From NCBI GenBank assembly GCA_002633005.1, contig NMRA01000517.1, forward strand, positions 171,301-235,300: DNA of 64,000 nt. Direction: 5' to 3'. A program made the position numbers and the translations under genes. Source of the DNA: Phoronis australis. Lineage: Eukaryota; Animalia; Phoronida. Below, one piece after another: positions 1 through 14,159 of this stretch. The first letter of the stretch is position 1. Every line of letters begins with the position of its first letter. A model generated the notes under the pieces. The model was not told the origin of the DNA and did not search any database. It saw nothing but the letters and a program-made list of their open reading frames with translations.

Positions 1-1904
1 AAGAAATAATGGGATGTTCTAAAATTATATTACGATTTTGTGGTAGTGATGAATTGCTTTCTTCTTCTTACATGTGTAACACCCACTACACCAAACAATT
101 ATTCGCATTGTTAGTATCATGGTGCATTGAATAAGGAACACATGCGAAATTGGGTGGAGGTGAAACCAGCAGTGAGCTGGGAGCAACATGTTTGTCAATG
201 GTCAGGGGAGCAACCAAAATTGATGACAATGGGAATGGCTCAACACCCATGTGGCATACCCCATTGGTTTTTACCTGTTTAGCACTCCTCCCATGTAACC
301 CCCCTGGGAGATGGTCAACACTCATTTGGCGCCCACATGGTTTTTGCCTTGTACCCCCTTAGCTGTCACCTGTGGGGAATAACCCTCTGAAGCCCAGGAG
401 CAATCATTCAAATTTTATTGAAAGATAATTTGCCTTGTTAAGAACTCAAACATCAAACAAAACCGTGATAGATTTTGAAGGGAGCTTCAAAAGAATAAAA
501 ACAAATACATTTTAATATTGATTAAAATACACATTTTCATTCTCATTCGATTATAAGTGGATGTTAGTTTACGTAATCTAACCATTTTCAATCACACAGT
601 AATTTTATTGCACGTTGAACGTCATTAAAGTATGAATTCATCAGTGTTTACATTGTTCGGACTGCGCTCCTAAGAAAGTATTGATTATTCACCGCTTGGA
701 GCGCTAGTGTTTCGACCGGTAACCATTGCGGCGAATGGTAAAATGGCGGAGTGAACTCTCCTATACTCGTACACTCCTTGGTTGTAGCAAGAAATGGGTT
801 TCACAGTGCCGATAGCACTTGAAAAGATCTCTTTGCACACCAAGTTTCAGAGGGATCCATCAAGAAACTTCTCGGAAAAACGTACGTAACTCAAGAACAT
901 TTAGAGAAAAACAAAAGGTAGACATATAATAGCCCTTGAAATTATCTATCAACAGAAAAAAGGCAGAAAATCTCACCAAAAACAGTGGAGCTATGGTTCT
1001 GCAAAACAAAAAATTGCAAAATGGGCACTATAACACAATCATGCGTCCGATTTAAACCAAACCTATGGGCTTCAAACCATTTACGATACACGTTGTGGGT
1101 AAATTTCACGTCGATTCGACAAGAATTGCTATCTACAACCAAAGAAACAAATTTTATGACAAAACACCATTATTTCACGAAAGAGAAATTTTATTTCACC
1201 AATGAGAAATTTCATTTCTGTCCGGAAATGGGAAGGCGTTGTCGACTCCTTAAAGAGTTCCCACCATGCATTATTTTCTAAGTTTTTGATGTTTCAGTTT
1301 GTTAATATGAAGTGAATACCATAAAATCTAACTAAATAAGCACTTTTTAAGCCAATAATCGCAATTTTTTAGTCCTGAACAAAAATTAGCTCTTTCCTAG
1401 TTTTATTGGGTGGAAGACGTTTGGTTGCTTGACAATCAATTGCAATGGTGGAACACAGCAAATCAGAAGACAGCGAGGATTTTGAGTGAGAACTGAACAA
1501 TTATTATGCAGAGAGAGGAAAGTGGATACAGACCTCATACTTAAGTACTTGAAGAACCAGACATTGAATTCAATTTCTCACTTAGTGAACTTTTGTCGCC
1601 TTTGAGGCCATATGAACTTGACTCACTTGCATGAGAAAATCTGCAACCAACTGAATCACAGGGTGGTCAATATTAAAAAATAGACACTTAATAATCACTG
1701 ACAAACACCACAGTAAAATAAGTCACTTGTATTCACTATAGTCATGATGGAAAGAGCACGGTCCAGTCTGAACACAATACGTAAGCCTACATGTTCTAGC
1801 ACTCGATCTGGGCCGGGGCCGAGGGCTTGGCATCACTCGCCACAGAATGGAAGCAGTTTGTTCATTATTTATAGAATTTGCAAATACACTTACAATGTGG
1901 CAGA

Positions 1905-2129
1905 TCAATCATCGTAACGCCGTTTTTGTGATAGGTCGAAACACGATTTCTTGAACTTTGTCGAACAAAGTGTGACTCCTGACTGAACCGCATGTTCTAC
2001 ACTGACATTGCACACTCTTGTACAGCACACAAAACGATGCCATTTCTGTGCAAATTTCACACATTTGAACACAGAGACATTGTCGGTGAAGTTGCTGTTA
2101 CTACAGCCTCCATGAACGCACCTTTTCAT
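1905..2129 (-). pseudogene. Degenerate THAP zinc-finger domain (transposon-derived, Kolobok/P-like)
   Basis: MKRCVHGGCSN...VSVFK...KWHRFV...TLCSTKFKKSCF fits the THAP pattern C-x4-C...W...LCSxHF, but the FP motif and the His ligand are lost. It resembles the THAP relic at 29374. Confidence 0.7.
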
Positions 2130-2187
2130 GTCTGAAAAAGGCAGCTATCCGCGGACTTTCCTCTCAACTCCTCAGTACCGCACTGGT

Positions 2188-4378
2188 AACAAGAGCAACA
2201 CGGAGCATTGAAATGTGCCCACGAATGCTTTGCAAATGGTGTGCTTTTAGGGTTATTTATTTGTATCATAAAATTGGCCAGTAGATGGCGCAACAACATA
2301 CAATCCATCCAAAAACAGGAACATGCCATATTTCATAAAAATCTCTCAAGGAACTTCAAAGAAACAAAGGAAAACAGAATAAAATGAAATTGCCACTAGT
2401 GGGGAGACTGTCCGCTGGATCCGCCAAAAGTCGTCGTCATCTGTTGTAATCTTCACATAAATACACTCACTAAATTTAACAAAGCTCCTACAGTGGGTTT
2501 AGGATATACAACTATGGGCGCAAAGCAAAACTACCACTAGGAGGCGCCACAGTAGTCAGTAACCATCATCAAAGGTCGTCTTCACACTGAGAACATGTAT
2601 GCCAATTTTCAAATGATTTGGTTGATACAGGGGTGGACGCCAAAAACAAGATTTGAAAACAGCAAAATTGGCCACAAGGTAGTGCAAAATACCTCGATTC
2701 CATCCAAAAACAGGAAGATAGCATCATCACACCAATAGATGCCTATATATTTAACATTTTATGAAAATCTGTTGAGGACCTTTGAAGATACGTTAAACGT
2801 AAAAAACTAAAACTGCCACTAGGGGGCAAAGCAGTAGTCAGATCTGTCCGAAAGTCGTCGTCATCCGTAGTCAACATCATATAAATACACTTGCTAAATT
2901 AAGTAAAGATCCTGCAAACAGTTTAGGAGATACAGCCATGGGCGCAAAAAAATGTCAATAGGAGGCGCCCCAGTAGTCAAAGTCATCAGAAAATCATCGT
3001 CAGCCCTCAACTTCATAGTGAAAACATACATGCCAATTTTCACAATTATCCTGAAAATGGTTTGGTTGATAGATAAGTGGACGCCAAAAAACTCGAAAAC
3101 TGTAAAAATGGCCACTAGATGGTGCAAACTAGGTTGAATTCATCTGAAAACGGATAGCGACACCTCATTAATAGATGCCTATGTGCCAAATTTTATGAAA
3201 ATACGATGAGGATCTTTGAAGATACAGAGGTAAACGTAAAAAATAAAATTGCCACTAGGTGGGACACCAGTTGTCAGATCTGTTCGAAAATTGTCATATA
3301 AATATACTTACTAAATTTCGTAAAGATCCTTCGAACGGTTTACGAGATACAGCCATAGGCCCCCCAAAAAAACTGCCAATAGGAGACGCCACAGTAGTCG
3401 AAATCGTAGGAAATCATCGTCAACCGTCCTCTTCATTGTAAGAACATAGATGCCAATTTTCACAATCATCCTTTGAGCAGTATGGTTGATAGAGGAGAGG
3501 ACGCAAAAAATAGACTCGAAAACAGTAAAAACGGCCACTAGGTAGCGCAAACTAAGTCGAATCCATACAAAAACGGAGGATAGCGTTACCTCACTAATAT
3601 GTGCCTACACACCAAATTTCATGAAAATCCGTTCAGGAGTTTTGAAGATGCAAAGGTAAGCGTAAAAACCTAAAATTGCCACTAGGGGGCACACCGGTAG
3701 TCGGATCTGTCTGAAAGTTCGCTCATGCTGTCCCATTTCTGAATGGTACATGTGTGCCAAATTTCATGAACATATGTCAAAGGGTTTTGGAGATAGAGCA
3801 GTGGATGCCTAGAAATAGACTTGCAAAACTTAATAAAGATCCTAGAGAACGTTAAGGAGATACAGCCATGGGCACAGAACAAACATAACTGTCACTAAGA
3901 GGTGCCACAGTATTCGAAGTCGTTGGAAAATCATGGCCATCCGCCCTCTTCACAGTATGAACATATATGCCAATTCTCACAATCATCCCAAGAGTGGTTT
4001 GATTGGTACAGTGGCGCGAGTCAAAACAGTAAAAATGGCCACTAGGTGGCGCAAAGTACCTCAAATCCATCCAACAAACAGAAGGATGACATCATCTCAC
4101 TAATAGATGACTAACTTCCAAATTTTATGAAAATCCGTAGCGGACATCCGAAGATACAGAGGCAAACGTAAACAATTAAAATTGCCACTAAAGGACACAC
4201 TGGTAGTCGCAGAGGTCCAAAATTCATAGACATCCATCGTCAGTTTGATAGGAATACATGTGCCAAATTGCATCAAGAGCCTGTGGAGGGTTTAAGAGAT
4301 ACAGCTGCAGATGCCGGACGCCCAGACAGAGATGATGGCAATATGCACCCACGTATAAATATGTGGGCGCATAAAAAA
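2188..4378 (+). mobile_element. Helentron/HINE-like non-autonomous element with internal degenerate tandem array
   Basis: Starts AACAAGAGC. Internal units recur with GCCACTAG(G)GGGC and CCAAATTTCATGAAAATC. Ends in hairpin GCACCCAC...GTGGGCGC followed by ATAAAAAA. The same two ends occur inverted at 54167-54973. Confidence 0.7.
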
Positions 4379-4859
4379 TTGTTAAAAGCACATAGCCAGG
4401 AAGCGCGTGCTACATACCTGTCACCTGTCATTGCAGACAAGTCTTCAGGAAGTATTCATGAAACAACGGGAGGCATAGCATCGGCAAAAAATGCATATTG
4501 GCACTAATTTCTGAATGCTTCTAATGCCGTAAAAAAACTGTTTCGTTATTTTTAAGAGGAACTATTTTATTAATCACTTATTCATAATTGATGTTTTTAA
4601 AGTCAAATAACTGATAATATGCCCTACTGACAGTAAACATCTATGCACCTTACACCCGAATCTCCTGGAAAATAACTGTCAGACTATCACACATCAGGGA
4701 CTCAAGGACATTAGTATATATCGGCCTTACCAAGACAATTCTGGCACATTTTAATAGTAGATGAGACTAGCAAGTGCTATATAAAACACGTTCTGCGTTA
4801 CTGCTTGTGTTAATTTCTTTAGTTACAATGAACACCTAGATTGTTACACTGTGACGATA

Positions 4860-5880
4860 AGCAAGCGTTCACTCACACACACGCAGATCTTGAACTTCAA
4901 AACAAGCATCACATTATAACAACATGTGTGCTCGTCCAGATTCTTTTCATGTTGCGGGGTACGATCTAGCGCAGATTTGGACTTAACCTTCTGTTAATGC
5001 CGACTACACAGGTACTTAAAAATCTTAGGGACGCTATTTGGAAAACTTAAGGAGGATTTCAGGTAATTTGTCGAGTCAAAACTGTATTCAAGCCAGGCCT
5101 TCATGCAGCGTACGTCCTGGGCGTCCAAATGGACGCCCCAGCACTAATATGGACGCCCTGGCAAGGACGCCCAATGTATCATTTGGACGCCCACTGTCAA
5201 TAGGAACCTTTCAAGTTTGGACACACACATTGTAATGATTACTAGGAAGCCTCTGAAGGCTCACAGTGGGGGCTCTTTTTTCAAAGCAGGAAGAAATATA
5301 CAATGTATATACAAAGTATATACAATGTTGCTATGCTCACACTTGGTTGATAGCATTGTAAAAGTCTTGGTCTACACCAATGTTTTATTAAAATGCTCAC
5401 TACAGAAGGCTGTTTTGTAAACTTAGATGTAAAAACCTTGGTCTATGCATTTTTTTGTAAAAAAAATCTGTGTGTTTGGGGGGATTGCTGGGGATGGGGG
5501 GTTACGCGTCGGAATTATGGACGCCCTGGAATATTGGGAACCTCATTTTGGACACCCTATTTTCGAAATCCTGGATGAAGGCCTGATTCAAGCTGCCATA
5601 TCAATGATCGCGAGGCAGTGACGCATCAGTTAGTCTTTGCCCTGGGATTTCAGCACAATTTTCTGTAAACTGATCCTAATTTAGCAACGAAGTTTGATAG
5701 CAATTCACCAGTTTTGTAGAAAGTCTGCCATAAGTTACAGATACGTCACAGAGCTTAATCCTAAGGCTTCCTATTTCACCCGTTTCAGAGACAGGGTTCC
5801 AACTGCCCTAGTTTACAATAAATGCCTCCCCTGTGAAATGAACTTTTTTAGCGCCCAGGCGCTTATTAGGGCGAATACTA
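4860..5880. mobile_element. Copy 1 of a non-autonomous DNA element (pogo/Tigger-like end), split by a hAT MITE
   Basis: 4860-5093 plus 5586-5880 align co-linearly with about 7640-8180. Ends GGCGCTTATTAGGGCGAATACTA. Confidence 0.6.
5094..5585 (+). mobile_element. hAT-type MITE, 492 bp
   Basis: TIRs CAGGCCTTCATGCAG / CTGGATGAAGGCCTG. Perfect 8-bp TSD ATTCAAGC at 5086-5093 and 5586-5593. Confidence 0.9.
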
Positions 5881-6969
5881 TATAAATGTGTAAATAATAA
5901 ATAAAAAAGACAGAACAACTGACAAAATTTTTCGCCATAAGACCAGACAGAGTTCAGTTGGAACCAGGAAAAACTTTGTAGTTTACAAAGTAAGGGGCTA
6001 TGTATTGTTTATTCAAATTAACATTATGTACTGCATCTTCACACAGTGAAATAATAGCAGGTGGCTGGAGGGGGCAGCACAAAGAGCGGCAGGAGTGAGC
6101 CAGGCTAATCAATCACAGGAAGCAGGCAGACATAGTCTGGGAATATGTACTGATCACTGATGAGCCAATCTAAGCATGTATTAGTACCCAACACATCAGA
6201 ATTGTTGCCCCACCACGCCTCAAGATCTCACCTTTGAACATCAGAGTTATTATTAGAATACCTCATCTCAGATTCAGAGGTGCTGCCTGTTTGACCACTT
6301 CAGTCAATTCTCTTGAACACAAATGTAGTCACAGGGATATTCCTAACCAGGTTTGAATCTGTTCCCTTTGGAAGCACCTGATGATAAAGTGTGTTTTTTT
6401 CAAAAAGTTGTGATCAGCACACTCAGTGTTATTAAAGTGGTAACATATGAAACAAAAACTCCAAGGGCCGAGCCATGTCTTACCCAACAGGCTACAATTT
6501 GACTAGAAGCTTGCATTTTTGGAAAAGAGTTGCATTCTAAAAGGTCCGTTCGGGGGGTGGGGGCGCACTCGTCCAGTCGCCAATGCGAGTAAAAATGGTG
6601 CTGGGGGAGTAGAAGTTGACTTGCCGGTCGCCCAGGTGGCGAGCGAATTTTCAGAGCCCAGAAGCATTATATCGTTTCCCAGATGGACATGAATAAATTT
6701 TCTCCTCCTTGTGCTGTTTTTGTCATCAGCTTGGTCAGCGTGTCGATGCTCTGGTACTAAAAACATCGGCGCAGTGCAATCATACCGATTCAGTAGATGT
6801 ATCCCATTACGTGATTCGTCTAGACAAAAATCACAGTGTGAGGTCGTGCACAAAGGAATTTGTGGACAAGGTCGAAATGAAGAAATGGGGAAAGGCAGAA
6901 GACTGGATTTCGTGGAACTGATTTCTTATTGTAATGTACAATGTCATTTTAGTCAAAATTATTTTATAA

Positions 6970-8180
6970 ATAATAAAATTCGAATTAATAAGCCCATGCC
7001 CCTAAAAGCGCCCCCCCCTACTCGTTTTCAGACTTCGCTAAAATAAGTGCCCAGTCCATGAATGTGTACATATGTGATAAATGCCTTACCTACACTTCTA
7101 AAATTCTACAGTAATGTCTTCAATGTATCAATATGTGATAAATGCCTTACCTACACTTCTAAAATTCTACAGTAATGTCTTCAATGTATCAATATGTGAT
7201 AAATGCCTTACCTACACTTCTAAAATTCTACTGTAAATGTCTTCAATGTATCAATAATATCCGTCAGTCTTGAAAAATCATTGTGCGCAGAATTTCTGGA
7301 CCACGAACTTCGCCGCTATGTCAGTATTTAGTCCTGGCTGTACACTTCAAACTTCCACAATGCTTCAAATAGAACGCAAAAGTTTTGCTGATCTTGCGAG
7401 GAACGTGTCCCACTATGGTCAAGCCTTTCAGAACAGACCCAGCGTACTTGTCAACGAGATTGTATTGTATGTTTCCCGTACAGATCTTCTCCCTCAACAG
7501 GAATCCAGATTACTTTGTATATGTAAAAACTGCGAATCGTAACTTGACCAGTGTTAATGAGCACATGGCCAAGAAGCGCGCGCTAGGGCCTACATATATG
7601 TGGGCCTGCTACTCTGGCAAAGGAACTCTGACGACACGCACCCGCTTGCTCACTCGGCGCACACCTGCAGACTAACGTTACAGCAAACATCACATGACAA
7701 CAACATGTGTGTTCGTCCAAATTTTTCTCTTGGTGCGAGGTACGATCTTGCGCAGATTTGGACTTATCTACGGTTAATCCCGACTTCACAGGAACTTAAA
7801 AATCTTAGGGACGCCATTTGGAAAACTTAAGGAGGATTTCACGTAATTTGTTGAGTCGAAACTTTATTTTTACACAAGAGTTCAAGCTGCCCAATCGTGA
7901 GGCTGCGACGCATCAGTCGGCAAGTTTTCGCTCTGGGACTTCAGCACATTTTTTTTTTTTAAATATTATTTAACAACAAAGTTTGATAGCAATGCACCAC
8001 AGATTTGTAGAAAGTCTGTCATAAGTTACAGATACGTCACAGCGCGTAAATTTGATGAATCCCAGCTTCCGATTTCACCGGTTTCAGAGACCGGGTTTCA
8101 ACTGCCTTAGGCTACAACAAGCGCCCCCTTTTCTAAACGAATTTTTCTAAGCACCTGGGCCTTTATTAGGACGAATATGA
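6970..8180. mobile_element. Copy 2 of the pogo/Tigger-like non-autonomous element
   Basis: Left end CGAATTAATAAGCCC...AAGCGCCCCC and right end GGCCTTTATTAGGACGAATATGATA. Homologous to 4860-5880. Boundaries approximate. Confidence 0.5.
7070..7255. repeat. Minisatellite, 61-bp unit x3
   Basis: ATATGTGATAAATGCCTTACCTACACTTCTAAAATTCTACAGTAATGTCTTCAATGTATCA repeated head to tail. Confidence 0.95.
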
Positions 8181-9705
8181 TAGCCCTAATAGATGACAAG
8201 ATCAACTCATGAAACGATGATTTCTATTGACACTGGCAGCAAGTTTTTGGTGACAGACACAAACAGCCGGGCGACTGAACTTCGGGCTGGGCGAGTACAT
8301 TTTCCGGCTCACTCACCCAGCTGGCGAGCACGGTTTTGAAACCTGGGTATACCTGTGGACAATTACAACCTAATTTCTTGGTCAATGCTACCTTGTTCAC
8401 AACCACCCATAACTGTTAAGTAGTTATGGACATGACCATTTTTGGTTTTCATAATATTTGTCGATTTTCTGTTATTGTAGCAGAGAGAGTATGAAAAGAC
8501 CCTAAGCATTTCATAAAATCAACAAAACAGCTAACAAAGCAAACTTGTACTGCACCATAATAGTGTTTAACATCAAGGGAAATGAACCTTTGTCATTGAT
8601 TGTTATTCCTGAATTTGATACAACAAATGGTGCATACTTCCAACATTTGGTACAAAAAATTGAGCAGCATAATGAATTTTTCATTGTTCTAAGCGGGAAT
8701 TTTTACCCAACTAAATTTCAGATACCCTAAAAGATCAATAGATCTCCATCAACAATTGATCAAACCAGCCATCACAGTGTCATCTCATCCACTTTTTCCC
8801 AAAACAATAAGACCAGCTTTTCATGAGACACATTTGTGTAATTACATCACTTTTTGGTCATAATAGGACCTGAATGGTATGTCAACATTTGATGTCTGTC
8901 TGTATCCTGATGATGTCTAATGAATTGAAACATCGAATTAATATGAACTTTTTCATTTGTGTGGCGGTTGTCCGTTTTTATTACATTTGTGTAAATTTCA
9001 TGTGGATCAGGCAAAAAATATGACCTGTATAGTGGACAACAAAATAACAATTAGACATCAAAAGAACAGTCTCATCAGCAAATTTAAAATAACTTGAGAA
9101 CAGTAAGTTGTGGCAAAAAATGAATGGCATTCTCTACATAAGTTCAGAAGAATCTCTGAGACGAATGCAAAGCTTGTCGAAAATTTAAAAAATAGCACCA
9201 CCGTGCATCCAGTTTCACCAGAAAACAACAGCACAACTTATTCTCAAAACACACGTTTTGGGTACATTACATGTCAATAAGACGACACACGTGGCCTGCA
9301 GTAATCCTATGGTAGACAAGCATAAAAGCAGCAAGGAATCGGCCAATAAAAGAAATCTCAAATAACTTGAAAATGATCAGCCAGAGCAAGAAGTCAATGA
9401 TATACTGCAGACAGCACTGGATGAGATCTACCCTTACCAAATTTCAGAAGGAGCTGTCAAGGGATGCCAGACATATGGCACAAGAAATCAACCAATGAAA
9501 GAGTGCTCGGAAAATCTGTAATAACTTCAGAACAGTGAGTTGTATCAAGAAATGGATGGCACACTCAAATACCAAATTTCAATATCTTCAAAGGAACATG
9601 GAACTAGGGCTCTGGAGGAAGGAGGGACACAGAAATAGGCAGGAAAGCCGAGGGAGTGAGAAGGTTATTAAGAGAGAGAAATGGGGTAAGGTGGTGGGGG
9701 TAGGG

Positions 9706-9883
9706 CCAGGGAAAGTGAAGCGAAGAGGGTGAGGAAAGGGCCAGGGAAAGTGAAGCGAAGAGGGTGAGGAAAAGACCAGGGAAAGTGAAGCGAAGAGGGT
9801 GAGGAAAGGACCAGGGAAAGTGAAGCGAAGAGGGTGAGGAAAGGACCAGGGAAAGTGAAGCGAAGAGGGTGAGGAAAGGACCA
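9706..9883. repeat. Purine-rich minisatellite, 35-bp unit x5
   Basis: CCAGGGAAAGTGAAGCGAAGAGGGTGAGGAAAGGA at 9706, 9741, 9776, 9811 and 9846. Explains the overlapping repetitive ORFs. Confidence 0.95.
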
Positions 9884-10484
9884 AGGAATGAGAAGATAAA
9901 CAAGAGAGGAGAGGTGACACGGCAACTAACAGAGAAATGGAAGCACGCAGGCACCACCATGATTGTTCTGTATGTTAAGATTTGACATTTTTCACAAGTG
10001 AGGCACTCCATGATGAACATGAATAAGAAGTCATCCACCACATGAAATTTTGATGACTGACATTGTAGTACAGTCTGGTCACCTGTTCAACATCCTGTAC
10101 GTGGGAATGTTCATTTTGTTAATGGCAGTACAATGTTTTCAAACAATTATGCACAACCAGCTGTGTCCAAGCTTGCACGTGAAGTCAGTTCAAGATGTCT
10201 ACAGAGAGGTAAAGATCTGAAGCTAATTAATATTGAACACTATGTTTCCCAACAGGTCTTGTAGGAAGACCTGTAGATCTGTGAACATGTAACAAAACAA
10301 CAGCTACTTTAGTATTCCTTCAAGTGAGGTCGACTTTACCTATAACTTGAGACAGTGTAGTTCAATCTAAAGTAAAATTTTCTTCATTCACAAATGACAG
10401 TTTTGTATCTGAACAGACTTGATAGTTCATAAAATCATCAAAAATCAACATTTCCATGTGTGTGTATAGTGTGCGAATGATCAG

Positions 10485-10572
10485 TGGGCTCAGTGAGGAC
10501 ACAGTGTGGCTCAGTGAGGACACAGTGTGGCTCAGTGAGGACATAGTGTGACTCAGTGAGGACACAGTGTGG
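10485..10572. repeat. 21-bp minisatellite x4
   Basis: GGCTCAGTGAGGACACAGTGT repeats. Confidence 0.9.
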
Positions 10573-10702
10573 CGCTGTGCGGTTTGGGCTCTGTACACTT
10601 CATGCAGCTAACATTTATCCATGCTCATCAGGACGGTAACATTCTCCAACAAGATGCTGAGTAATGTCACTGCTCGTCGATGTTATCAGGTGTTGCTTGA
10701 TC

Positions 10703-10820
10703 AGGACTAGTGCCGAGACTCCTGGCAGTCTCACCCACAAACAGGACTAGTGCCGAGACTCCTGGCAGTCTCACCCACAAAGAGGACTAGTGCCGAGGCT
10801 CCTGGCAGTCTCACCCACAC
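10703..10820. repeat. About 40-bp minisatellite x3
   Basis: AGGACTAGTGCCGAGACTCCTGGCAGTCTCACCCACA repeats. Confidence 0.9.
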
Positions 10821-13800
10821 ACCATTACAGTTTGGGCAATCACATTGTGGCAGTCCTCAGACTTGTCCTCCACAGGCTGAGCTGTCTACTGGCTGTGGAT
10901 ACCAGTCTCTCCAAAGTTTGAACTTGTAAACAAGTTCAATGAAATCAATATCTTTCAAACTGGTGGAGTCAGATGAAAAAATTGTTACTAGGGAGTCAAG
11001 CACTAAAATGACCGTGGAAAGGGCAAAATATTGTCAAAAGGAGTTTCAGATATATACTAATAGAGGAAAAATGCCATAACATGTGCTAATTAATCTCCAA
11101 GAACTTAGCAGATATAGAGGCATACATCAATAGCTGGAGTCACACAAAAATTAACTGATCCAAGCTTACTATGTAAAGCTTAATAATACATGGTTAAATA
11201 AAATACTGAAAACTACTTTCCCTAAATTTGAAAAATCCACGATGATTAATTATAGGTCGTGTTCACTTGACATAATTTACTAACAAAATGAAATCAAACG
11301 AATCCCATTGATGGGTTCATAAATAGGGGGAAAAGCATAAGCGTACTATAAATCAATTCAATTACCTGAAAGAATGGAATGGCGAAATTCCAACTGGGAG
11401 AGCAACTCCACTGGCAAGCGTAGGTTTCCACCTACATGCTCAGTTTCAGGTCAAAAACACTGAGACGATGCATAAGGTCTATTAATATTTGATTACCACT
11501 GATTTGCTGGCTCACTAGCCAGCACAGGACGGCCACACTATACTGCCAATATTGCCATACAATATTGATTAGAAAAAGACGCCATGCTTGAGAGAGACTT
11601 TTGATACATCATGCTGAGAAGGAAGGGGAACAGCTTGGAGAGGAAATCGGGAAATCGGGTCAACAAATCCGCTTATTGGGGTAATCGGCAATTTACACTG
11701 TCTGATAAATCATTTCAGACAATCGCCATTGTCTTAGACTACCAACGAGGGGGTCTTGCAAAGCTTCTTACATCAGACCAGCAGAGATCAGAGACTAGCC
11801 ATGAATAGCCAAACTGACTCAACAGTAGACTAATCCCAAATGTCAACATGGAATCCAGTGTCTGCCTCAATTAGTGCTGGTGTTTCCAACAACACTTATT
11901 AGCTGTGATGGAAAATGGCCATTTGAACATCTCACCTTTAATAGAAGGCTTTAAACAGTGTTTAAGGTTATTAAGGACATTATCCATATGCATACCTAGT
12001 CAAACATCTACAAAACTATAAATTTTAATTCAATAAAAGTATAATTTTTTAAATGTAGAAAGCATATAGAATTGAGGTGTTTTTAGTAAAACTAAGCAAA
12101 AAATAAACATTTATAGCCATTCTCATCAATAATATTGATCAAATTTCATTTGAGATGAATAGTCTAGATGCAACCAAAATTGTTGTTACAGCTTCCTAAA
12201 TTATTATTTGTTTTTCTTTTATGCAACTTTTGAATTTTTAATGGTGCCCCTAATGCAAAAGGGAGCAATTTTAAAGCCAATCCTAATATCATTTTGGAGA
12301 ACAGTTCGCAACGCATAGAACATGAAATTTTCATTAAGAATCCAATGGGCCCCCAGATAGAATGTTGCAAAGAAAGCCAAATTTTGGACACTTTTAGGGA
12401 TCTATGTATCTGAAGAATGATTCCATATAAAAACCATATGAAAATGAAAAATGACTATATATTCAAAAATTCATACAGAGCTAATATCTTGTGCATGTGT
12501 TGGGATGTTGGCCCAAAGTACACTGCTGCAATATTTGCACTCAGTGACCTTTGGTTACCGAGATATGACCTATTTGGCTATAAAGGCAGTAAAACTAAAT
12601 TTTTGGAAGGGCAAAAGATCAAACTTGGAAAACTGGTGACAAAGTTTGACATTGAAAGTCATAAAGACTTGTGTAAGGAAACTCATAGGTACATTTAAAT
12701 TTCCAGCAGGGGAGAAAACTCTGAGACCACTTTTCAGGCCAGTCACAAGTGGCAAGATTTTGCTTAACCTGCCTGCTATATCGGAATATATTTGAAGTTG
12801 AAATTCTCTGTATAGACACTTCCAAGACTGATCTTTGATAACTGCATTTAAAAAAACTTGTCTCTTATATAGTTAGTGATACACGTGGCCCTCGAATTTG
12901 GGCATTTTGTTATGTGGCCCTACTCTGACTGACAAGAGAATTGAGGCTATTAGTTCAGAAATATCACCTAAAATATATGCTCTAATATCAACAATGCAAT
13001 ATCACAAAAATTCAACTTTCACCTTTGAGACCCTGTTTTTCTTAAACACTCTGTTTAACTTTACAAATGGCAGTTTAGGGTTCGAAATTTCATGCACTTC
13101 TTGTCACTGCAAAGAATAGGGAGGAATTTCCTTCTTGTACATTTGGTCAATTTTCGTTACTAAAGTAGGATTGCGGAGGAAATGTGGCCTTCATTAGCTG
13201 TGCTAAGGACGTCAAAGGTCATCTGAGGTGGTGCAAAGTGCCACAGAAGTTTGAAAGTATATCGGAATTACAGTTGATTCTTGCCAGAGCTTAAGAGAGG
13301 AGGCTGGACTGGCAAACAAATGGAAATGCGCCGTTATATGTTTTACACATTGACATGAGTTTGGACTTGGCTTTAGACAAAAATTGACGTGCTGTTATCC
13401 AGGACACACGGCTAGAACGAAGCAGAAGATTGAACGGGGCGTTGACTTTCGCATGTCGCAAAAGATTTTTCGCCAGTTTGATTTGTTAGTACCTGTTGGT
13501 GCAAGTAAGATATTAGGAGCAATTGCTAGAAAGTTACTTCACATTTATCACAACTGTTGGCCTGGGTCAAAAGATCATGACTTCAGTTCAGAATATTGTA
13601 TTAGCTCTCGCTGACAACTTTCGACTTACTGACTGCCCAGGTGTACAAACCTGATAGGCCTATCCGGTTAGCGGGTTAGGATGGGCTGCTGGACTTTGAA
13701 TATTGCAACCATGTTATACCTTGCAAATCTGAAAACTGTGATCCATAATTATTCAAATGGTTCAATGGTGTGACCCATGTTTATACCGAAAGACCATGAA

Positions 13801-14159
13801 AAAGTATGTACCATACTTGTACAAAAGGTGACCCATCTTTATACACATCTTTAGTACATATGACCTGTGAGAACTGGTGAAATCGTCACCAGATTGGTCA
13901 TTCCACTAGTCTGCTTAGGTCGCCATTGAAGCTAGTAGATAATGCCAGAGCAATGATGGCGACCATCCCTGAGGTGATTGCTTGCCGTAATTTGTATTTT
14001 AATATTTACATCAAAATATTTTCTAAGTATGGAAAGAAGCTCCACTCATGATTATACCACATGACTCAAAAGCTGACAATACAGTTCACTTCCCTTTAAA
14101 ATTGTAATGGCAGTTAATCATAATTTTGCACTTATTCAGTACTTTTTGCCATGCAGCCA

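Noticed and set aside
9535-10041. Overlapping 65-145-aa ORFs
   Set aside because: These are translations of a 35-bp minisatellite.
6270-11432. Possible minus-strand spliced gene (exon-like pieces at about 11366-11432, 8353-8412 and 6303-6378)
   Set aside because: Weak acceptors, no recognisable protein similarity, and no consistent multi-exon frame that I can defend.
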